A DNA stretch of 64,000 nucleotides, taken from assembly GCF_009914755.1 (NCBI RefSeq), contig NC_060925.1. One strand, written 5' to 3'. Shown here one piece after another: positions 61,864-64,000 of the stretch. The stretch comes from the human T2T-CHM13v2.0 reference genome, Homo sapiens. The position numbers and the translations under genes are program-made. The notes beneath the pieces are model-generated. The model did no database searches and was not told the DNA's origin. It saw only the letters and a list, made by a program, of their open reading frames with translations. Numbering within the stretch: position 1 is the stretch's first letter; each line of letters starts with the position of its first letter.

Positions 61864-62889
61864 GTGAGTAAAGACTCCAGAGGGCTCCTCCTTCTCTCCC
61901 ACTCCCAGCTTGTCTCCCGTGACCTTGGGCGCCTGAGTTATGGTTCCACTGACCAGCCTAGGTTCCTTCCTGTCTCTGGGCTTCTGCTTCTTGTCTCAGC
62001 CCAGCAGGCTGCACCCAATTCTGGGGCTGTTTACCCCTCCAGCCACCTGTAAACATGCATTTATGAGCCCTGGGGGGCAGGGCGCAGGGCTGAGCAAGCA
62101 TCGTAAAATGCTGGTGTTGGCTGGGCATTTGTGTACCTGAATGTGTACTAGTGTGTGTCCATCAGACTGGAGTTAATGATTTTGTGTGCAGACAGGCACA
62201 GGCATCTATGTGTGTGTAGGTGTGTCTGAGCATGTGATGATGTCTATGTGTGCAACATGCATCCATAAAGTATGTGACAGTGTAGGCACCTGAGTGCGAG
62301 CCCATTTGTGTCTCTTTGTGTGAGTGTGTGTTAATTGGGGTGTGTGTCTTCAGAGCATGCTTATGGATGAAGGGTGCATAGATCTGCAGGAGGGTGTGTG
62401 TGTGTAGGATGGGTGTCTGTGTACTGCATAGTGGTGGGAGGTCAGGGGCTTCTTTCTGGGGTTGGTACCCAGGGCATCATGGCTCTGGGCAGCCGCCCCA
62501 TAGGATTGTTGCGTGAGGCTCTTGACACAGACCTGACCCTGCCACTCGTCCCGGCATCATTTATGTGGCAGGTGTCCCAGCTCCATGGACCATTGGCTGG
62601 GCCTCTCACTGGCCTTGCATGCAGCCTGTTAAACCTCGCCAGAACACAGCCTGGCTTGAGGAAAAGAAATAAATGACAAAAACCAAAATAAGGTTCCACG
62701 TGGCCAGACGTGAGAGAGGGCTGGTTGCATTCAGGCAAAGTGACTTGTTATTGAGAAGACGACTGCTTGAGTTCAGTCCAAGCCACTGGTTAGGGGCAGA
62801 GCCTTCAACCCAACTGAATGCGGACTTGGATTCCTTCGCTTGGACGGTCAGTGTGGATGTGGCCTTGGGCCAGGCCCCTGATTCTCCCC

Positions 62890-63180
62890 TGGATGCGTTG
62901 TGTATGTGAGTGCATCTGTAATGCACGAGGGCGAGTGTGCAAGTGTGTGTATCAGGTATGTGTGGGTGTATATCATGTATGTATGGGTGAGTGTAGGTGT
63001 ATGAGTGTATCAGGTATGTATGTGTGAGTGTTGAGTGTATCAGGTATGTGGGGGTGAGTGTGAGTTTGAGGTGTCTGGGAATGAGTGTGTATGCAAGTGC
63101 ATGTGGTGTGTAAAGGAGAGTGTGAGGTGGGCAGGTGTGTGAGTGTGTGTGAGATGGGTGTGTGTGTGTCAGTGTGTGTT
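62890..63180. repeat. Degenerate (TG)n-rich tract
   Basis: Dense gtgt/gagt repeats. Confidence 0.85.
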
Positions 63181-64000
63181 CACCCTGTGCATGGCCACGT
63201 AGACTTCTTGCTCTTCTTCTCTTGCCACATGGGAGTTGACTGTCGGGGGTCCTGGGACTGGAGGTGCCCCCTCCCGGGTAACACTTACAAGGCCAGGGGC
63301 AGATGGGGAGGCAGCCAGGGCCTCGCAGTGGTTGGGTCCCTCCTCAAGGCGCTGTGTGGGCCAGGCACTCTACACACCTTCATGATCACACTTCAACCTC
63401 CAAGGTGCCCTGCAAGGAGGCGTCATGATCTCCATCCTCTGCTTTGGGCATTGTGATCCGAGAGGTTGCTGGTGTGTGCCAGGCCTCCAGCAGGGCACTG
63501 GCCTGCCTGATCTCTCATGGTTTAGATTGTTACTCCCATTTTACAGATGGGAGAACAGAGCCCCAGGGAGTCCCAGCTGGGCTTGGTTATTGGCCTAGGT
63601 CTGTCTGACTCCAGATTCAATGCTCTTCCCACTAAGGCACATTGAGGTGGTGAGTTCCCTGTCATTAGAGATGTCGGACACCATGTCTCTGGAAGCAGGC
63701 AAGAGTGGCCTTTGGGATTCCCCTGAGCCACCAGTTTCTGAAACCGTTGGCTTTCCCCTCTCCCAGTACATTTCCTCATTCAGGCTGGGGAGCAGGGTGG
63801 ACATGGAGAGAGTGGCAGGAAGGGTGCTGAGCTAGGCCCCTCACGCTGACTGCAGCTAGAATGGCTGGGGTGGGGGAAGCAGGCGGAGCTGCACTGCCCT
63901 GCGCTGCGGTTAGCTTCCCAGCTCCGCAGTACACAAACCTGGGGCAGTCTGGGCTCTGCCCCCTCCAGCCTGTGGGACCTGGGCAAGCCTGCACCTTTCT

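Overview
Primate genomic DNA, most likely human (dense Alu/L1/LTR content; proteins match the human sequences as I recall them). It comes from the secreted phospholipase A2 cluster (chr1p36 by established knowledge). Three known genes are visible. PLA2G5 (+): coding exons 6467-6506, 7719-7863, 11425-11531, 12204-12328, giving 138 aa; the 5' UTR exon was not found in the window. PLA2G2D (-): complete CDS, exons 41147-41108, 38126-37982, 37262-37156, 35908-35763, giving 145 aa with the Gly80 allele. PLA2G2F (+): first two coding exons, 61073-61188 and 61811-61863; the rest lies beyond the window. The main unexpected result is a fourth, decayed group II sPLA2 gene on the minus strand between PLA2G5 and PLA2G2D. 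It has an open 107-nt catalytic exon (CCLPHDCCY, 22545-22439), a terminal exon with the group II cysteine spacing but two in-frame stops (19533-19376), and a probable frameshifted signal-peptide exon (29217-29175). I could not find its Ca2+-loop exon, and I cannot check whether the locus is already annotated. The rest is repeats (about 40 Alus, of which only a subset is listed; an ERVL provirus remnant; MER41, MER4, THE1, MLT1 and MER31-type LTRs; L1M, L2, MIR, MER2, MER5) plus several local duplications. Repeat subfamily names and boundaries are by eye and approximate.
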